Shown here: piece by piece, positions 29,025-39,640 of the stretch
How positions within the stretch are numbered: the first letter of the stretch is position 1
Layout: the number at the start of each line of letters is the position of its first letter
Origin: Chlamydiales bacterium
Lineage (GTDB): Bacteria > Chlamydiota > Chlamydiia > Chlamydiales > SM23-39
Assembly (NCBI GenBank): GCA_965261025.1
Contig: OZ253438.1
Location: forward strand, 9,229 to 73,228
Direction of reading: 5' to 3'
DNA: 64,000 nt
Made by a program: the position numbers and the translations under genes
The notes under the pieces: generated by a model
The model's database searches: none
Told to the model about the DNA's origin: nothing
The model's input: the letters and a program-made list of their open reading frames with translations, nothing else

Positions 29025-30731
29025 CTATTCGTCTTCTTTTTTCCTCTTCTTTTCCTTTTTCCCAGTTACGATATTGTCATGATCAACGCGGTTTTTCTCT
29101 ACCAAATACTCCTTGATAGAAAGAGCGATTTTTTTATGCTCTGGATCTAGCTTAATCACTTTAGCAGTAACCACATCCCCCTTTTGCACCACATCTTCTA
29201 CCTTTCCAAAAGGCTGATCTGAAAGCTCAGTAACATGAATCAAAGCTTCTATACCATTTTCTAACTGAACAAAGGCTCCAAAAGCCGTTGTTTTCGTTAT
29301 TTCTCCCTTTACTAAAGAATTTACAGGCATAGTTCTTTCTATGTCTTCCCAAGGATTATTGCTAAGCTGCTTTACTCCCAAAGTGATTTTTTTACTTTCT
29401 CTATCTACAGAGAGAATAACCGCTTCTACCTTGTCTCCTTTTTTTAAAACCTCAGAAGGGTGAGAAACCTTTTTTATCCAGCTCAAGTCAGAAATATGAA
29501 TAAGCCCATCTACTCCAGGTTCCAGCTCTACAAAAGCTCCATAGTTAGTCAGATTGCGAATCTCTGTGGTTACAGAAGACCCTACAGGATATTTTGCTTC
29601 CACATCTTCCCAAGGGTTATGCTCGAGTTGTTTGATCCCTAAAGAAATTTTCCCGTCTTCTTTCTGGACGGATAAAACAATAGCCTCTACTTCATCTCCT
29701 ATGTTTACAATTTCACTAGGGTCTGTAATATTTTTGGTCCAAGACATTTCAGATACATGGATGAGCCCTTCTATACCCGGCTCAATCTCGATAAAGGCTC
29801 CGTAGGAAACCAGATTTACAATCTTCCCTTTCACCCTAGTTCCAGGAGGGAATTTTTTCTCTACCTCTTCCCAGGGATTCTCTTCCTTTTGCTTCAATCC
29901 CAGAGCAACTCGCCCTTTTTCCTTGTCAACGCTTAAGATTTTTACCTCTAAAGTATCACCTAGCTCGACCATTTCAGAAGGGTGCTTAATGCGTTTTTTC
30001 CAGGTCATATCAGTGATGTGAAGGAGACCATCTACTCCATTTAGATCCAGAAAGACTCCAAAATCGGTGATATTTTTTACCACGCCTTTGCAAAGATCTC
30101 CTACCTCAATGTTTTCTAACAGTTCTGCTTTCTTATAGACTCTCTCTTCCTCCAAAAGCTCTCTTCTAGAAACTACAATATTTTTTCTTTCAATATTGAT
30201 TTTCAAGATTTTAAAATCGTAGGATTTCCCCAAAAATTCATCGAGGTTTTTGATTCTTTTGTTATCAATCTGGGAACCAGGTAGAAAGGCCTCCATGCCA
30301 ATATCTACCATAAGACCTCCCTTCACCTTTCGGATAACCTTACCTCGGACCACAGAACCTTCTTTACAGTTTGTTAGGATATGTTCCCATTGCCTTTGTC
30401 TACGGGCCTTTTCTTTGGAAAGGACAATTTGTCCATCCGAACCTTCCATTTGATCTAAAAAAACCTCTACTTCATTTCCTAAAGATAGTTCTTCTGAGTC
30501 GACAAACTCAGAGACAGGAACAAGCCCTTCCGATTTGAGTCCTACATCGATAACAACAAAATCTTTTGTTATCTCTACGATCTGCCCTTTCAAGATTTGG
30601 CCTGTGCTCATCTTGCTCTCTTCTTCCATGGAATCTTCTTCGTTCAAGAGTTTTTTGAAAATTTGAGCCTCTTCTTCTTTGTAGGCAGTGTTGTCCAGGA
30701 TGTTACTGCCGTTCCAATCTTGTTTTGTCAT
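29025..30731 (-). CDS. rpsA: 30S ribosomal protein S1
   Basis: 568 aa with six S1 repeats (G.V.....FGAFV/FLD..G..GL.H.S). Confidence 0.96.
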   Translation of the reverse strand: MTKQDWNGSNILDNTAYKEEEAQIFKKLLNEEDSMEEESKMSTGQILKGQIVEITKDFVVIDVGLKSEGLVPVSEFVDSEELSLGNEVEVFLDQMEGSDGQIVLSKEKARRQRQWEHILTNCKEGSVVRGKVIRKVKGGLMVDIGMEAFLPGSQIDNKRIKNLDEFLGKSYDFKILKINIERKNIVVSRRELLEEERVYKKAELLENIEVGDLCKGVVKNITDFGVFLDLNGVDGLLHITDMTWKKRIKHPSEMVELGDTLEVKILSVDKEKGRVALGLKQKEENPWEEVEKKFPPGTRVKGKIVNLVSYGAFIEIEPGIEGLIHVSEMSWTKNITDPSEIVNIGDEVEAIVLSVQKEDGKISLGIKQLEHNPWEDVEAKYPVGSSVTTEIRNLTNYGAFVELEPGVDGLIHISDLSWIKKVSHPSEVLKKGDKVEAVILSVDRESKKITLGVKQLSNNPWEDIERTMPVNSLVKGEITKTTAFGAFVQLENGIEALIHVTELSDQPFGKVEDVVQKGDVVTAKVIKLDPEHKKIALSIKEYLVEKNRVDHDNIVTGKKEKKRKKEDE

Positions 30732-31210
30732 GTTAAGGGTTTCTCCTGCTAGTTGTTAAAGGAGAGAGTTTAACAAAAAAGTCATAATTAAAGCAATTCA
30801 TAAGGACCTTGAAGTATAATTGGATCTGATTATTTTCTGGACTTGTCTTCATACTGAGGCAGTTTTGCTAAAGTTTTATCTTAAGACAGATAAAAATCGC
30901 CTTCTTTTTTTTGTAAAATTTAAAAAAAAAGAGAAACAGATCTTTTTATTTTTTGAAACAAAAATGAAAAAGCTAGAGAAACAAAAGAAAATAAATTTAT
31001 TTTGCTTCTCTATAAAACAACATAAATTTCTAATTATAAACTAGATAAGTTATGTTTTTCCTAGAGAAAAAGAGGTCTTTTAAATTTTTTTTTGGACATA
31101 AATATATAAGGTCAATAAAAAATGTAATTTAAGGTGTAAAAAGCTTTATAGGTTTTTTATCAAAGATTTTGAGGTTTTTGAAAAAAATTTTTTGGGACGT
31201 TAGAAAAAAA

Positions 31211-32023
31211 ATGGAAATATTAGTCGTAAAGTTTGGGGGTATGAGTGTCTCTACTCCGGAGAGTTTTTCGAAGGTGGCTCAGATTGTTTCAGAAAGAGCC
31301 AAAGAATATTCGCAGATTGTTGTGGTAGTAAGCGCTATGGGTGATATGACGGAGGAGCTGTTTCAATTGGCCCATAAAGTTCATCCTAACCCTGCTAAAA
31401 GAGAACTAGACATGCTTGTTTCAGCGGGGGAAAGAATCAGTGTTTCCTTGCTAGCAATGGCGTTACAGGCCTTAGGAAAGGAAGCTATTAGTTTTACGGG
31501 GAGCCAATCTGGTATCATTACTTGTGCGAGACATTCGGAAGCAAGAATTGTAGAGGTTAGACCTCACAGGTTATTACCTCATTTAAGGGAAAATAAGGTA
31601 GTAGTAGTAGCTGGATTTCAAGGAGTAGGCCTTAACGGAGAGATTACCACCCTAGGAAGAGGGGGGTCTGATACGAGTGCAGTAGCCTTGGCAATAGCGC
31701 TTGAAGCAGAGAAGGTAGAATTTTACAAAGATGTAGAAGGAATTTATTCAGAAGATCCTAAAAAAAATCCAGAAGCAAAAAAATTTTTGGAAATGACCTA
31801 TGATGAGGCTCTTTGTTTGTTACAAGGAGATGGAGTATTACATAAAAGAGCGGTACAACTTGCTAAAGAAAATCAGGTTCCCTTGCAGGTTCTCTCTTAC
31901 GAAACCTTTTCTTCCAATAAAGAACTTGTAAATCAGGGAACTTTCATAGGGGAGAAAAAGGAAAAATCTCCTCCGGTATTTGAAATGGAATTTGAGGAGA
32001 AAAAACAGAAAATTTGCCTATGA
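31211..32023 (+). CDS. lysC: aspartokinase catalytic domain protein (no ACT domains)
   Basis: VVKFGGMSV, VVVVSAMGDMT and LGRGGSDTSAVALA are aspartate kinase motifs. The protein ends after ~270 aa. The ATG at 31211 is preferred over the track start at 31169. Confidence 0.75.
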   Translation: MEILVVKFGGMSVSTPESFSKVAQIVSERAKEYSQIVVVVSAMGDMTEELFQLAHKVHPNPAKRELDMLVSAGERISVSLLAMALQALGKEAISFTGSQSGIITCARHSEARIVEVRPHRLLPHLRENKVVVVAGFQGVGLNGEITTLGRGGSDTSAVALAIALEAEKVEFYKDVEGIYSEDPKKNPEAKKFLEMTYDEALCLLQGDGVLHKRAVQLAKENQVPLQVLSYETFSSNKELVNQGTFIGEKKEKSPPVFEMEFEEKKQKICL

Positions 32024-33933
32024 AAGTAGAAAGAAAATGGCCCAAGCCTGTTTTGGTAAATCAACAAAAACCTCACCCTTTTTATCAAAAAAGAGTGGAG
32101 GAACTTTTACAAAAAATAGGCCGCGATATTCCTTGCTTAAAACAAGAGCTTTTACAAGAAAAAGGCTCATCTGAATCGTTGCCTTATTTGAAATGGGAAG
32201 AGAGCTTTGCCCCTTCAGGAATTTGTCTCTCTCTTATGCTTCTTGGTAAATATCGTTTGGGAGCAGGGAGTTTTTTTTATGATATGGTAAGTCGCTGGCT
32301 TATACCTTTTACGAGATTAAACATAGGTCTTTTCTTCTCTTCTGACTTTACTCTTCCCGGAAGAGTACAAGAGCCTTTTACTATAGCAGAGCTAGTAATT
32401 CATTTTTCCGAAGAAAAGATATTAAAACAAGCAAAACAAAGCTGGAAAACTTTGGAGACAGAGTTAAAATTGGGGGTAGTTTGCGCCTATCATGCGAGTC
32501 GTATTTTAGAATTTAAAAGCCTTTCTCCTGATGGAAAAACGGCTAGAATTCAAGAAAAAATAGCTTCTTTAATGCGAGGAAGAGAAGAAAATTTTGATAG
32601 AGGAATTTTCTCTCAAATGCAGAGATTTTTGGTGACTTGTAGGGAGGACTTTAAGGTTAGTAGAGATTCTCATCACATTAGCCGCATTATCTCTATTTTA
32701 TACCTAGTGCAAAAGACTTTGGCGCAGAAAAGAAAAGAAGCGTCCAATGAGAGGCATCTTGTTTTAAAGCTTTTGAAGACAAAACTTTATCTTCCAAAAA
32801 AAGAAAAACAAGTTTTAGGTATCTTGGTAGGGCTTAATCTATTGGGTGACTATGAAGTCTTTGAGCAGGAACATTTAATGAGCGCTATAAGCACTCATTT
32901 ACCGGGTACAAGGGCGATAGAAAACTCTTTTCTCATGGATAAGGCAGCAGACAAAAGAGCCCAGACTTTGTATTTAGAAATAGAAAAAGAAAATCAACAG
33001 GAATTTTCTTTGGAAGAAATTCAAAGACTGAGAAAGCATCTTCCGGAATCTTTGAAGGGAAGCATAGAAAGGCTTATGCATCCCATTTTCATGCCTAGAA
33101 ATGAGGAAGAGATTTTAAAAAATATCATGGCTCTTTCTAGACAATTGAAGTACATAAAAGATCTTCCTCAAGTGATTATCTCCTTTGAGCAGCAAAGGCA
33201 GGAGGAGCTACATTTTACCGTGATTTTTTTGCGTATTTTAAGACCAAAAGAGCTTCCTGCTGTAAAAATCTTAGAAAAAATCCCCTCTAACTACAAATTA
33301 AGAATAGACCGAACTCGAAAACTGGGGACGCTACGTAGAAGGTATGCGAAGGAGGCTGTAGTATTTCGCCTTGCTCTCGCTTCTGAAAAATATTTAAGAA
33401 GAGATCGTTCTATAGACTTATATAAAGCAAGAGAGGATGTGCTAGCTATTTTGCAAAATTCTTTTGGAGAGGTAAGAGACTACAACGGAGGAATGATCCT
33501 AAGAGAGACGCAGGTGTTGAAAGCCTTAAAAGCCTCCCTTGGGATCCTAGGGAAAAAACACGAGCTATTGCTAGAAAAGTTCTTTTACTCCCTATTTCCT
33601 GTAGAGATGAGAAGTGTTTTAGAAATAGAGCCGATTAAGCAACTTTTTCTCCTTTTTTTACAGGCAATAGAAAAAGAGAAGAAGGGAATAAATACCCTTC
33701 CCAAGGCTTACTACAAAGAAGAAGCAAAAAGAGCTATGGTCCTTATTTTTACTGATTCGCTGCAATTGAAAAAACTTCTTTCTGAAAGTATGAGTTTGCT
33801 ACAAATACCCTCTTATCAGCTAATTAGTTTTTCTATCGAGGCACAAAAAGTGCAAGGGTATCTTTTATTGTCTGATGGGAAAGAGAAAAAAACGCTCTTT
33901 TTTCAAACTATAGAAAAAGCCTTACGCTTTTAA
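32020..33933 (+). CDS. large hypothetical protein
   Basis: ~637-aa ORF whose ATG at 32020 overlaps the lysC stop (ATGA). No motif recognised. Codon usage is consistent with the neighbouring genes. Confidence 0.7.
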   Translation: MKVERKWPKPVLVNQQKPHPFYQKRVEELLQKIGRDIPCLKQELLQEKGSSESLPYLKWEESFAPSGICLSLMLLGKYRLGAGSFFYDMVSRWLIPFTRLNIGLFFSSDFTLPGRVQEPFTIAELVIHFSEEKILKQAKQSWKTLETELKLGVVCAYHASRILEFKSLSPDGKTARIQEKIASLMRGREENFDRGIFSQMQRFLVTCREDFKVSRDSHHISRIISILYLVQKTLAQKRKEASNERHLVLKLLKTKLYLPKKEKQVLGILVGLNLLGDYEVFEQEHLMSAISTHLPGTRAIENSFLMDKAADKRAQTLYLEIEKENQQEFSLEEIQRLRKHLPESLKGSIERLMHPIFMPRNEEEILKNIMALSRQLKYIKDLPQVIISFEQQRQEELHFTVIFLRILRPKELPAVKILEKIPSNYKLRIDRTRKLGTLRRRYAKEAVVFRLALASEKYLRRDRSIDLYKAREDVLAILQNSFGEVRDYNGGMILRETQVLKALKASLGILGKKHELLLEKFFYSLFPVEMRSVLEIEPIKQLFLLFLQAIEKEKKGINTLPKAYYKEEAKRAMVLIFTDSLQLKKLLSESMSLLQIPSYQLISFSIEAQKVQGYLLLSDGKEKKTLFFQTIEKALRF

Positions 33934-33998
33934 TCAGACCTTTTTTATTTTGCATTCTGGACAAATGATTCGATATATTTGAGGAAAGGTTTGCGAAT

Positions 33999-34655
33999 AT
34001 GAAGCAAAAAATTGAGGTTTTTCCTTCCATACTATCCGCTGATTTTTCCCGATTAGGAGAAGAAGCAAAAAGGTTAGAAGAAGCAGGAGCTGACGGTATC
34101 CATATCGATATCATGGATGGGCATTTCGTTCCTAATCTCACTTTAGGTCCTAAAGCAGTTTCAGCAATCCGAAAGTCGACAAAACTATTTTTGGATGTTC
34201 ACGTGATGATCTATAATCCATATGATTTTATAGAAGTTTTAGCTGAGTCAGGGGCTGACAGGATTACCTTCCATTTTGAGGCAACAGAAAATGTATTAGA
34301 CACCTTAGGCTATATTAGAAAGTGCAATTTACAAGCAGGCCTTGCTTTTTGTCCTGATACCTCTTTTTCTATGGCAGTTCCTTTTTTAGATCAATGTGAT
34401 CTCCTTCTTTTTATGACAGTTCATCCTGGTTTTTCTGGGCAAGCATTTCGCGCTGAAGTTTTAGAAAAGATCGCGGATGCTTCTCACATCTTGCAAAAGA
34501 TGGCAGAAGAAAAAAAAGCAATCCTTCAAGTAGATGGGGGTATCAATGAGGAAACGGGGCGTCTTTGTAAAGAAAAAGGGGCTAGCTGCCTCGTTTCAGG
34601 TTCGTATCTTTTTGCAGAAAGAGATCTCAGCTTAGGAATACAAAAGCTAAGATAG
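33999..34655 (+). CDS. rpe: ribulose-phosphate 3-epimerase
   Basis: PSILSADFSRLGEE...GADGIHIDIMDGHFVPNLT, 218 aa. Confidence 0.95.
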   Translation: MKQKIEVFPSILSADFSRLGEEAKRLEEAGADGIHIDIMDGHFVPNLTLGPKAVSAIRKSTKLFLDVHVMIYNPYDFIEVLAESGADRITFHFEATENVLDTLGYIRKCNLQAGLAFCPDTSFSMAVPFLDQCDLLLFMTVHPGFSGQAFRAEVLEKIADASHILQKMAEEKKAILQVDGGINEETGRLCKEKGASCLVSGSYLFAERDLSLGIQKLR

Positions 34656-34687
34656 GGGATAAAACGAGATAAGGAAAAAGAAAACCT

Positions 34688-35650
34688 ATGAAAAAGGTCA
34701 TTGTAATAGGAGGGGGAACGGGGAATTTTGTGGTTCTTCGGGGATTAAAAAAATATGATCTTGATCTTACAGCTGTCGTTTCTATGGCAGATGATGGGGG
34801 CAGTACAGGAATTTTACGAGATGAGCTGGGAGTATTACCTCCGGGAGATGTAAGGCAGTGTTTAGTAGCTCTTTCTAACTCTTCCCGTCTTTTAAGAAAC
34901 GTTATGAATTATCGTTTTGAAAACGGGAATCTGGGAGGTCATAGCTTTGGGAATCTTCTTCTCTCTGCCTTAGAGAAGGTAACGGGGAGCTTTGAGAAAG
35001 CAGTAGAGGAAGCGGGAAAGATTTTATACATCCGAGGCAAGGTTCTACCTATTACCACCCACCAAGTCCATTTAAAAATGGTCTTAAAAGACCGGAGAGT
35101 CTTGGAAGGAGAAAAAGAGATTTATCTTTCCAGAGAGATTGATAAAGGATATAGTCATATTTATCTAGAGCCAATTTCAAAGGTAAATCCCAGGGTACTG
35201 GATGAGATTAAAAATGCAGACCTAATTGTGCTTGGACCGGGGGGGCTTCATACTTCTGTAATTCCTAATCTTTTGGTGACAGGAGTTAGAGCTGCTTTAC
35301 AAGAGACCCAGGCGAAGAAGATTTTTGTCGTAAATTTGATGAATCGAAAAGGGCAAACTACAGGGTTTAAGGCGAGCAATTATGTAAAAGAAATTATAGA
35401 GCATTTAGGAGGAGACCTTCTGGATTACATTCTAGTGAATAATGGAAAACCCCCTTCTCATCTGATAGAAAGATATTCTGAAGAAGGGGAGCTTGTCACT
35501 AACGATTTAGAAGATCCTAGAGTTATTTCTGCAGATCTTTTAGGACCTTTAGTAAGTCCGAATCAAAACGATTTAGTCAAGAGGAGTTTGATTCGTCATA
35601 GTTCTGAGAAATTAGCAGAGGAGCTGGTAAAGATTGTTAATAATCTTTGA
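34688..35650 (+). CDS. yvcK: YvcK/CofD-family gluconeogenesis factor (UPF0052)
   Basis: VIGGGTG...VVSMADDGGSTGILRDELGVLPPGDVRQCLVAL is the YvcK/CofD signature. Confidence 0.85.
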   Translation: MKKVIVIGGGTGNFVVLRGLKKYDLDLTAVVSMADDGGSTGILRDELGVLPPGDVRQCLVALSNSSRLLRNVMNYRFENGNLGGHSFGNLLLSALEKVTGSFEKAVEEAGKILYIRGKVLPITTHQVHLKMVLKDRRVLEGEKEIYLSREIDKGYSHIYLEPISKVNPRVLDEIKNADLIVLGPGGLHTSVIPNLLVTGVRAALQETQAKKIFVVNLMNRKGQTTGFKASNYVKEIIEHLGGDLLDYILVNNGKPPSHLIERYSEEGELVTNDLEDPRVISADLLGPLVSPNQNDLVKRSLIRHSSEKLAEELVKIVNNL

Positions 35651-36326
35651 TATAGATGACACCTTAGTGGATACGACCAGGCTTATCACTAGGCCTTTAT
35701 GGAAAAAGGCCCTACAAGCTATGGAGGGAAAAGGGTTAAAATTGGAAGATCCTGCGAGAGCCTTATTTCACCTGTGGGCCCTGGATCAAAATACCCAAAG
35801 TGCTTCAGAAACGCTGCGTCTTTTTTTAGCTTTTTATAAAAAAGATTTTTCTTTTCATAAGATTGGATTAGAAACTTTTTCCGGGATTTCTTCTGGAGAT
35901 CTTCATGTAAAGGCGATTCCTTTTGTTTTGGAAGGTTTAAAAAAGCTTTGTAAAAGACATACCTTAGCCATTGTCTCTAGGGGGGATAGCCAGTTTCAGA
36001 AAAAAAAATTGCTAGAAGCAAAAATTCCTCTTTCCTCTTTTCATAAAATTTTTATTTCTCCAAAAACGGATAAAAAAGAGTTGTATCAAAAAGCTTTAGA
36101 AGAACTGCAGATTCCCCCTCAAGAAAGTTGTGTTGTTGGAGACAGAGTTATGGTAGACTTGAAGCCTGCTAAAGAGCTGGGTATCTTTACGATCCAAATG
36201 AAATGGGGAAGAGGAAGAGTTTATTCTCCTTGGTCTGAGTATGTCGATAAAGAAGTACACAGCTTTAAAGAAGCAGTAGCTTATTTACAAAAAAAGGAAA
36301 GTATGGCGGTAGAGCATGGTGGCTAG
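35634..36326 (+). CDS. HAD superfamily hydrolase
   Basis: Motif I (IIFDIDDTLVDT) and a downstream VGDR..D motif. Apparent TTG start overlapping yvcK. Confidence 0.7.
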   Translation: MLIIFDIDDTLVDTTRLITRPLWKKALQAMEGKGLKLEDPARALFHLWALDQNTQSASETLRLFLAFYKKDFSFHKIGLETFSGISSGDLHVKAIPFVLEGLKKLCKRHTLAIVSRGDSQFQKKKLLEAKIPLSSFHKIFISPKTDKKELYQKALEELQIPPQESCVVGDRVMVDLKPAKELGIFTIQMKWGRGRVYSPWSEYVDKEVHSFKEAVAYLQKKESMAVEHGG

Positions 36327-36876
36327 TAGTCAAATTGTACCAGGGATGACGGTGGAGATAGAGGAGAAAATATTTCGAGTAGAATCCAGTATTAAAGTAG
36401 CTGTTGCGAAGGCAGCGCCTTTTATAAAGATGAGTCTAAGAGATCTTGTTACAGATCGACTTACAGAAAAGAGTTTTAACCCTTCCCAGGAGATTCAGGA
36501 AGTTTCCCTAATAGATCATAAGTTAGAGTATCTCTATCCAGAGGGAAAGAATTTTCTTTTTTTGGATGTAGAGGATTTGCAAGAAATTTTGGTCCCTTCT
36601 ACCATTTTGAAGGATAAGGTGAGCTATTTGAAAGAAGGGATTTCTGTCCGTGCCCTTTTCTATGGGAAAACGGTTTTTTCCGTGGAATTACCCCAGTTTT
36701 TGGAACTGATGGTAGCCAAGACGGATAATGTAGAAGAGGGAAAGTTGTCTGTTACTCAGACGACGAAACTTGCTATTTTAGAAACTGGGGCAAGGGTAGA
36801 AGTTCCTCTTTTTATTGAATCAGGGGATGTTATTAAGATAGACACCCATTCTAGTGAATTTGTACAAAGAATTTGA
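36316..36876 (+). CDS. efp: elongation factor P
   Basis: 186-aa EF-P-like protein (three beta-barrel domain length). It sits before accB, as in Chlamydia. Confidence 0.85.
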   Translation: MVASSQIVPGMTVEIEEKIFRVESSIKVAVAKAAPFIKMSLRDLVTDRLTEKSFNPSQEIQEVSLIDHKLEYLYPEGKNFLFLDVEDLQEILVPSTILKDKVSYLKEGISVRALFYGKTVFSVELPQFLELMVAKTDNVEEGKLSVTQTTKLAILETGARVEVPLFIESGDVIKIDTHSSEFVQRI

Positions 36877-36891
36877 AGGGAGATAAGGCAG

Positions 36892-37323
36892 GTGAATATA
36901 AAAGAGATCCAAGAGCTGATTGCTTTATTAGAAAAAAGTAAGCTGACCAAATTGCATTATAAAAAAGAGGGTTTCGAGCTTTTGCTAGAGAAAAAAGGGG
37001 AAGAGCCTTCTTATACAAGGGAATTAGTTCAAGAGGTAAGTGTCAAGCCTTCTGTTGAAAAAAAAGTTCCTTCCCCAAAGGGGCAAGAAGAGAAATGGAT
37101 AAAATCGCCTATGGTAGGAACTTTTTATTCCGCTGCAGGTCCAGACCAGCCTCCTTATGTGAAAGTAGGGGATAAAGTTACGGCAGATACAGTAGTATGT
37201 ATCATAGAAGCTATGAAAGTAATGAATGAGGTAAAAGCAGGTTTAGCAGGAGTTGTTCAGGAAGTTATTTTAGAAAATGGGCAGCCCGTTGAATTTGGGA
37301 CTAAACTATTTAAGATACGATGA
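36892..37323 (+). CDS. accB: acetyl-CoA carboxylase biotin carboxyl carrier protein
   Basis: Biotinylation motif IEAMKVMNEV, 143 aa, GTG start. Confidence 0.93.
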   Translation: MNIKEIQELIALLEKSKLTKLHYKKEGFELLLEKKGEEPSYTRELVQEVSVKPSVEKKVPSPKGQEEKWIKSPMVGTFYSAAGPDQPPYVKVGDKVTADTVVCIIEAMKVMNEVKAGLAGVVQEVILENGQPVEFGTKLFKIR

Positions 37324-38699
37324 AAAAAGTATTAGTAGCAAATCGAGGAGAGATTGCAGTTCGCATAATCCGGGCTTGTCATGATTTAGGACTGCAGACC
37401 GTTGCCGTTTATTCTGAAGCAGATGCGGAGTCTTTGCCTGTTCTCATGGCAGATGAAGCGATTTGTATCGGACAAGCTTCTTCTTTAAAGTCCTATTTAA
37501 ATATTCCCAATATTATCTCTGCCTGTGAAATAACTCACGCAGATGCGGTTCATCCGGGGTATGGTTTTTTAAGCGAAAATGCTAATTTTGCCTCCATATG
37601 TGAAAGCTGTGGTTTAGAATTTATCGGCCCTTCTTCTACTTCTATTGCCCTTGTTGGGGATAAAGCTAGGGCCAAAGAGATAGCAAGAAGTGTAAAGTGT
37701 CCTGTGATTCCAGGTTCCGAGGGAATTGTAAAAGATCTTAAACAGGGACTGAAAGAGGCTCACAAAATAGGATATCCTGTTTTTATTAAAGCAACAGCAG
37801 GGGGAGGAGGCAAGGGGATTCGGATTGCTTTTGATGACCAGGATTTTGCCAAAAAGTTTGTAGCAGCTAAAGCTGAAGCGGAGGTGAGCTTTAATAATCC
37901 AGAAGTTTACTTGGAAAAAATGATTGTTTCTCCAAGACACGTTGAGATTCAAGTAATAGGGGATAGAAAGGGAAATTATGTTCACTTGGGAGAAAGGGAT
38001 TGCTCTATTCAAAGAAGGAGACAAAAATTAATCGAGGAGGCGCCTAGTCCCTATCTTACTCCTTCTATTCGAAAAAAGATGGGGCAAGCTGCTTTAAATT
38101 TGGTAAAAGCAGCGAAATACCATTCTGTAGGAACAGTAGAGTTCTTGGTAGATAAGGACCGCAATTTTTATTTCATGGAAGTAAATGCCCGGATTCAGGT
38201 GGAGCATACTGTTACAGAAGAGCTCACTGGGATTGATCTCATAAGGGAGCAGATTCAAATAGCCAAAGGAGAAAAACTTCCCTTTAAGCAAAAGGATATT
38301 ACTTTTGAAGGGCATGCCATACAGTGCCGAATTAATGCGGAAGATCCTGAAAACCACTTTACTCCTTCCCCAGGAAAACTGGACTATTTCATTGCTCCTG
38401 GAGGTCCCCACGTTCGGGTAGATACAGCTTGTTATTCGGGATATAAAATTCCTCCTTATTATGATTCGTTAATGGCAAAGCTGATTGTGAAAGGAAAGTC
38501 AAGAGAGGAAGCGATTCAGATTATGAAAAGAGCTTTGAAGGAATTTCATATTACAGGTGTTCATTCTACCATTGGGTTTCATTCTTTTATTTTACGGGAC
38601 AAAAAATTTATGAAAGGAGATTACGCTTTGGATTATGTAGATCTTCTTTTAGAAGAGGGTACGAGTTTTGTCTCACCCCCTCCCCATACGGATGTATGA
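37320..38699 (+). CDS. accC: acetyl-CoA carboxylase biotin carboxylase
   Basis: 459 aa with ATP-grasp motifs (KATAGGGGKGIR, EMNARIQVEH). Confidence 0.96.
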   Translation: MKKVLVANRGEIAVRIIRACHDLGLQTVAVYSEADAESLPVLMADEAICIGQASSLKSYLNIPNIISACEITHADAVHPGYGFLSENANFASICESCGLEFIGPSSTSIALVGDKARAKEIARSVKCPVIPGSEGIVKDLKQGLKEAHKIGYPVFIKATAGGGGKGIRIAFDDQDFAKKFVAAKAEAEVSFNNPEVYLEKMIVSPRHVEIQVIGDRKGNYVHLGERDCSIQRRRQKLIEEAPSPYLTPSIRKKMGQAALNLVKAAKYHSVGTVEFLVDKDRNFYFMEVNARIQVEHTVTEELTGIDLIREQIQIAKGEKLPFKQKDITFEGHAIQCRINAEDPENHFTPSPGKLDYFIAPGGPHVRVDTACYSGYKIPPYYDSLMAKLIVKGKSREEAIQIMKRALKEFHITGVHSTIGFHSFILRDKKFMKGDYALDYVDLLLEEGTSFVSPPPHTDV

Positions 38700-39640
38700 A
38701 AGGAATTTTATTAGCGGGAGGAAAAGGCAGTAGGCTCTACCCCGTTACCTCTGCTTTTTGTAAGCAGCTTTTGCCTGTTTATGATAAGCCGATGATTTAT
38801 TATCCCTTATCCACGCTAATGTTAGCAGGGATTCAAGAAATTTTGATTATTTCTACTCCAGAGGATTTGCCCCGCATAGAAAAGCTATTTGGGTCAGGAG
38901 AAAGTTTTGGGCTGCGCTTGCAATATAAGAAGCAGAAAAAACCAGAAGGGATTGCTCAAGCTCTTTTGATCGGAGAGGAGTTTATTGGAAATAGTAGCGT
39001 GGCCTTGATTTTAGGAGATAATATCTTCTATGGAAACTCTTTGGAGGAAAAGCTCCAAAAGGCTTCTGGCTTAGAAAATGGAGCTCTTATTTTTGGTTAT
39101 CCTGTAAAAGATCCTTCTCGTTATGGAGTAATAGCTTTTGCTAAAGATTTTACTCCTTTGCAGATCGTAGAAAAACCAAAAAAGGCCCCTTCAGAGTACG
39201 CTGTATGTGGGCTCTATTTTTTTGATGCACAGGCCATTTCTTTTGCAAAAAATCTCACTCCTTCTTTTCGAGGGGAACTGGAAATAACGGATATAAATCA
39301 GAAATACTTGGAGAAAAAGCAGCTTCAGGTAGAAATTTTAGGAAGGGGTTTTGCTTGGTTGGATACGGGAACTTTTGAGTCGTTGCAAAAAGCTTCCTTT
39401 TTTGTACAAACCCTACAAGAAAGGCAAGGATTTCAGATTGCCTGCTTAGAAGAAGTTGCCTATAGAAAAGGGTTCATTTCTCTTGAGGTTTTACAAAAAA
39501 AGGCCACTCTTTATGAAAAGAGCGAATATGGGGCTTACTTACGAAGGATAGTAAAAGAAGAAATCAGAAATTCTCTAGAGAGCGGTTCTTTTGATAATGC
39601 TTCTCAATCTTTTCTACTACAAGATCAATGTCGTCAGTAA
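38696..39640 (+). CDS. rfbA: glucose-1-phosphate thymidylyltransferase (RmlA-like sugar nucleotidyltransferase)
   Basis: GILLAGGKGSRLYPVT...KQLLPVYDKPMIYYPLSTLMLAGI matches RmlA. A ~25-aa C-terminal extension overlaps the convergent LOG gene. Confidence 0.85.
   Translation: MKGILLAGGKGSRLYPVTSAFCKQLLPVYDKPMIYYPLSTLMLAGIQEILIISTPEDLPRIEKLFGSGESFGLRLQYKKQKKPEGIAQALLIGEEFIGNSSVALILGDNIFYGNSLEEKLQKASGLENGALIFGYPVKDPSRYGVIAFAKDFTPLQIVEKPKKAPSEYAVCGLYFFDAQAISFAKNLTPSFRGELEITDINQKYLEKKQLQVEILGRGFAWLDTGTFESLQKASFFVQTLQERQGFQIACLEEVAYRKGFISLEVLQKKATLYEKSEYGAYLRRIVKEEIRNSLESGSFDNASQSFLLQDQCRQ

Noticed and set aside
30820-31044. 74-aa ORF in the rpsA-lysC intergenic region
   Set aside because: The region is extremely AT-rich and homopolymer-rich, probably a divergent promoter region. 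The K/F/L-rich translation is typical of random AT-rich ORFs.
37614-38411. 136-aa and 105-aa ORFs antisense to accC
   Set aside because: They are embedded in a highly conserved biotin carboxylase gene, and their translations have no recognisable features.
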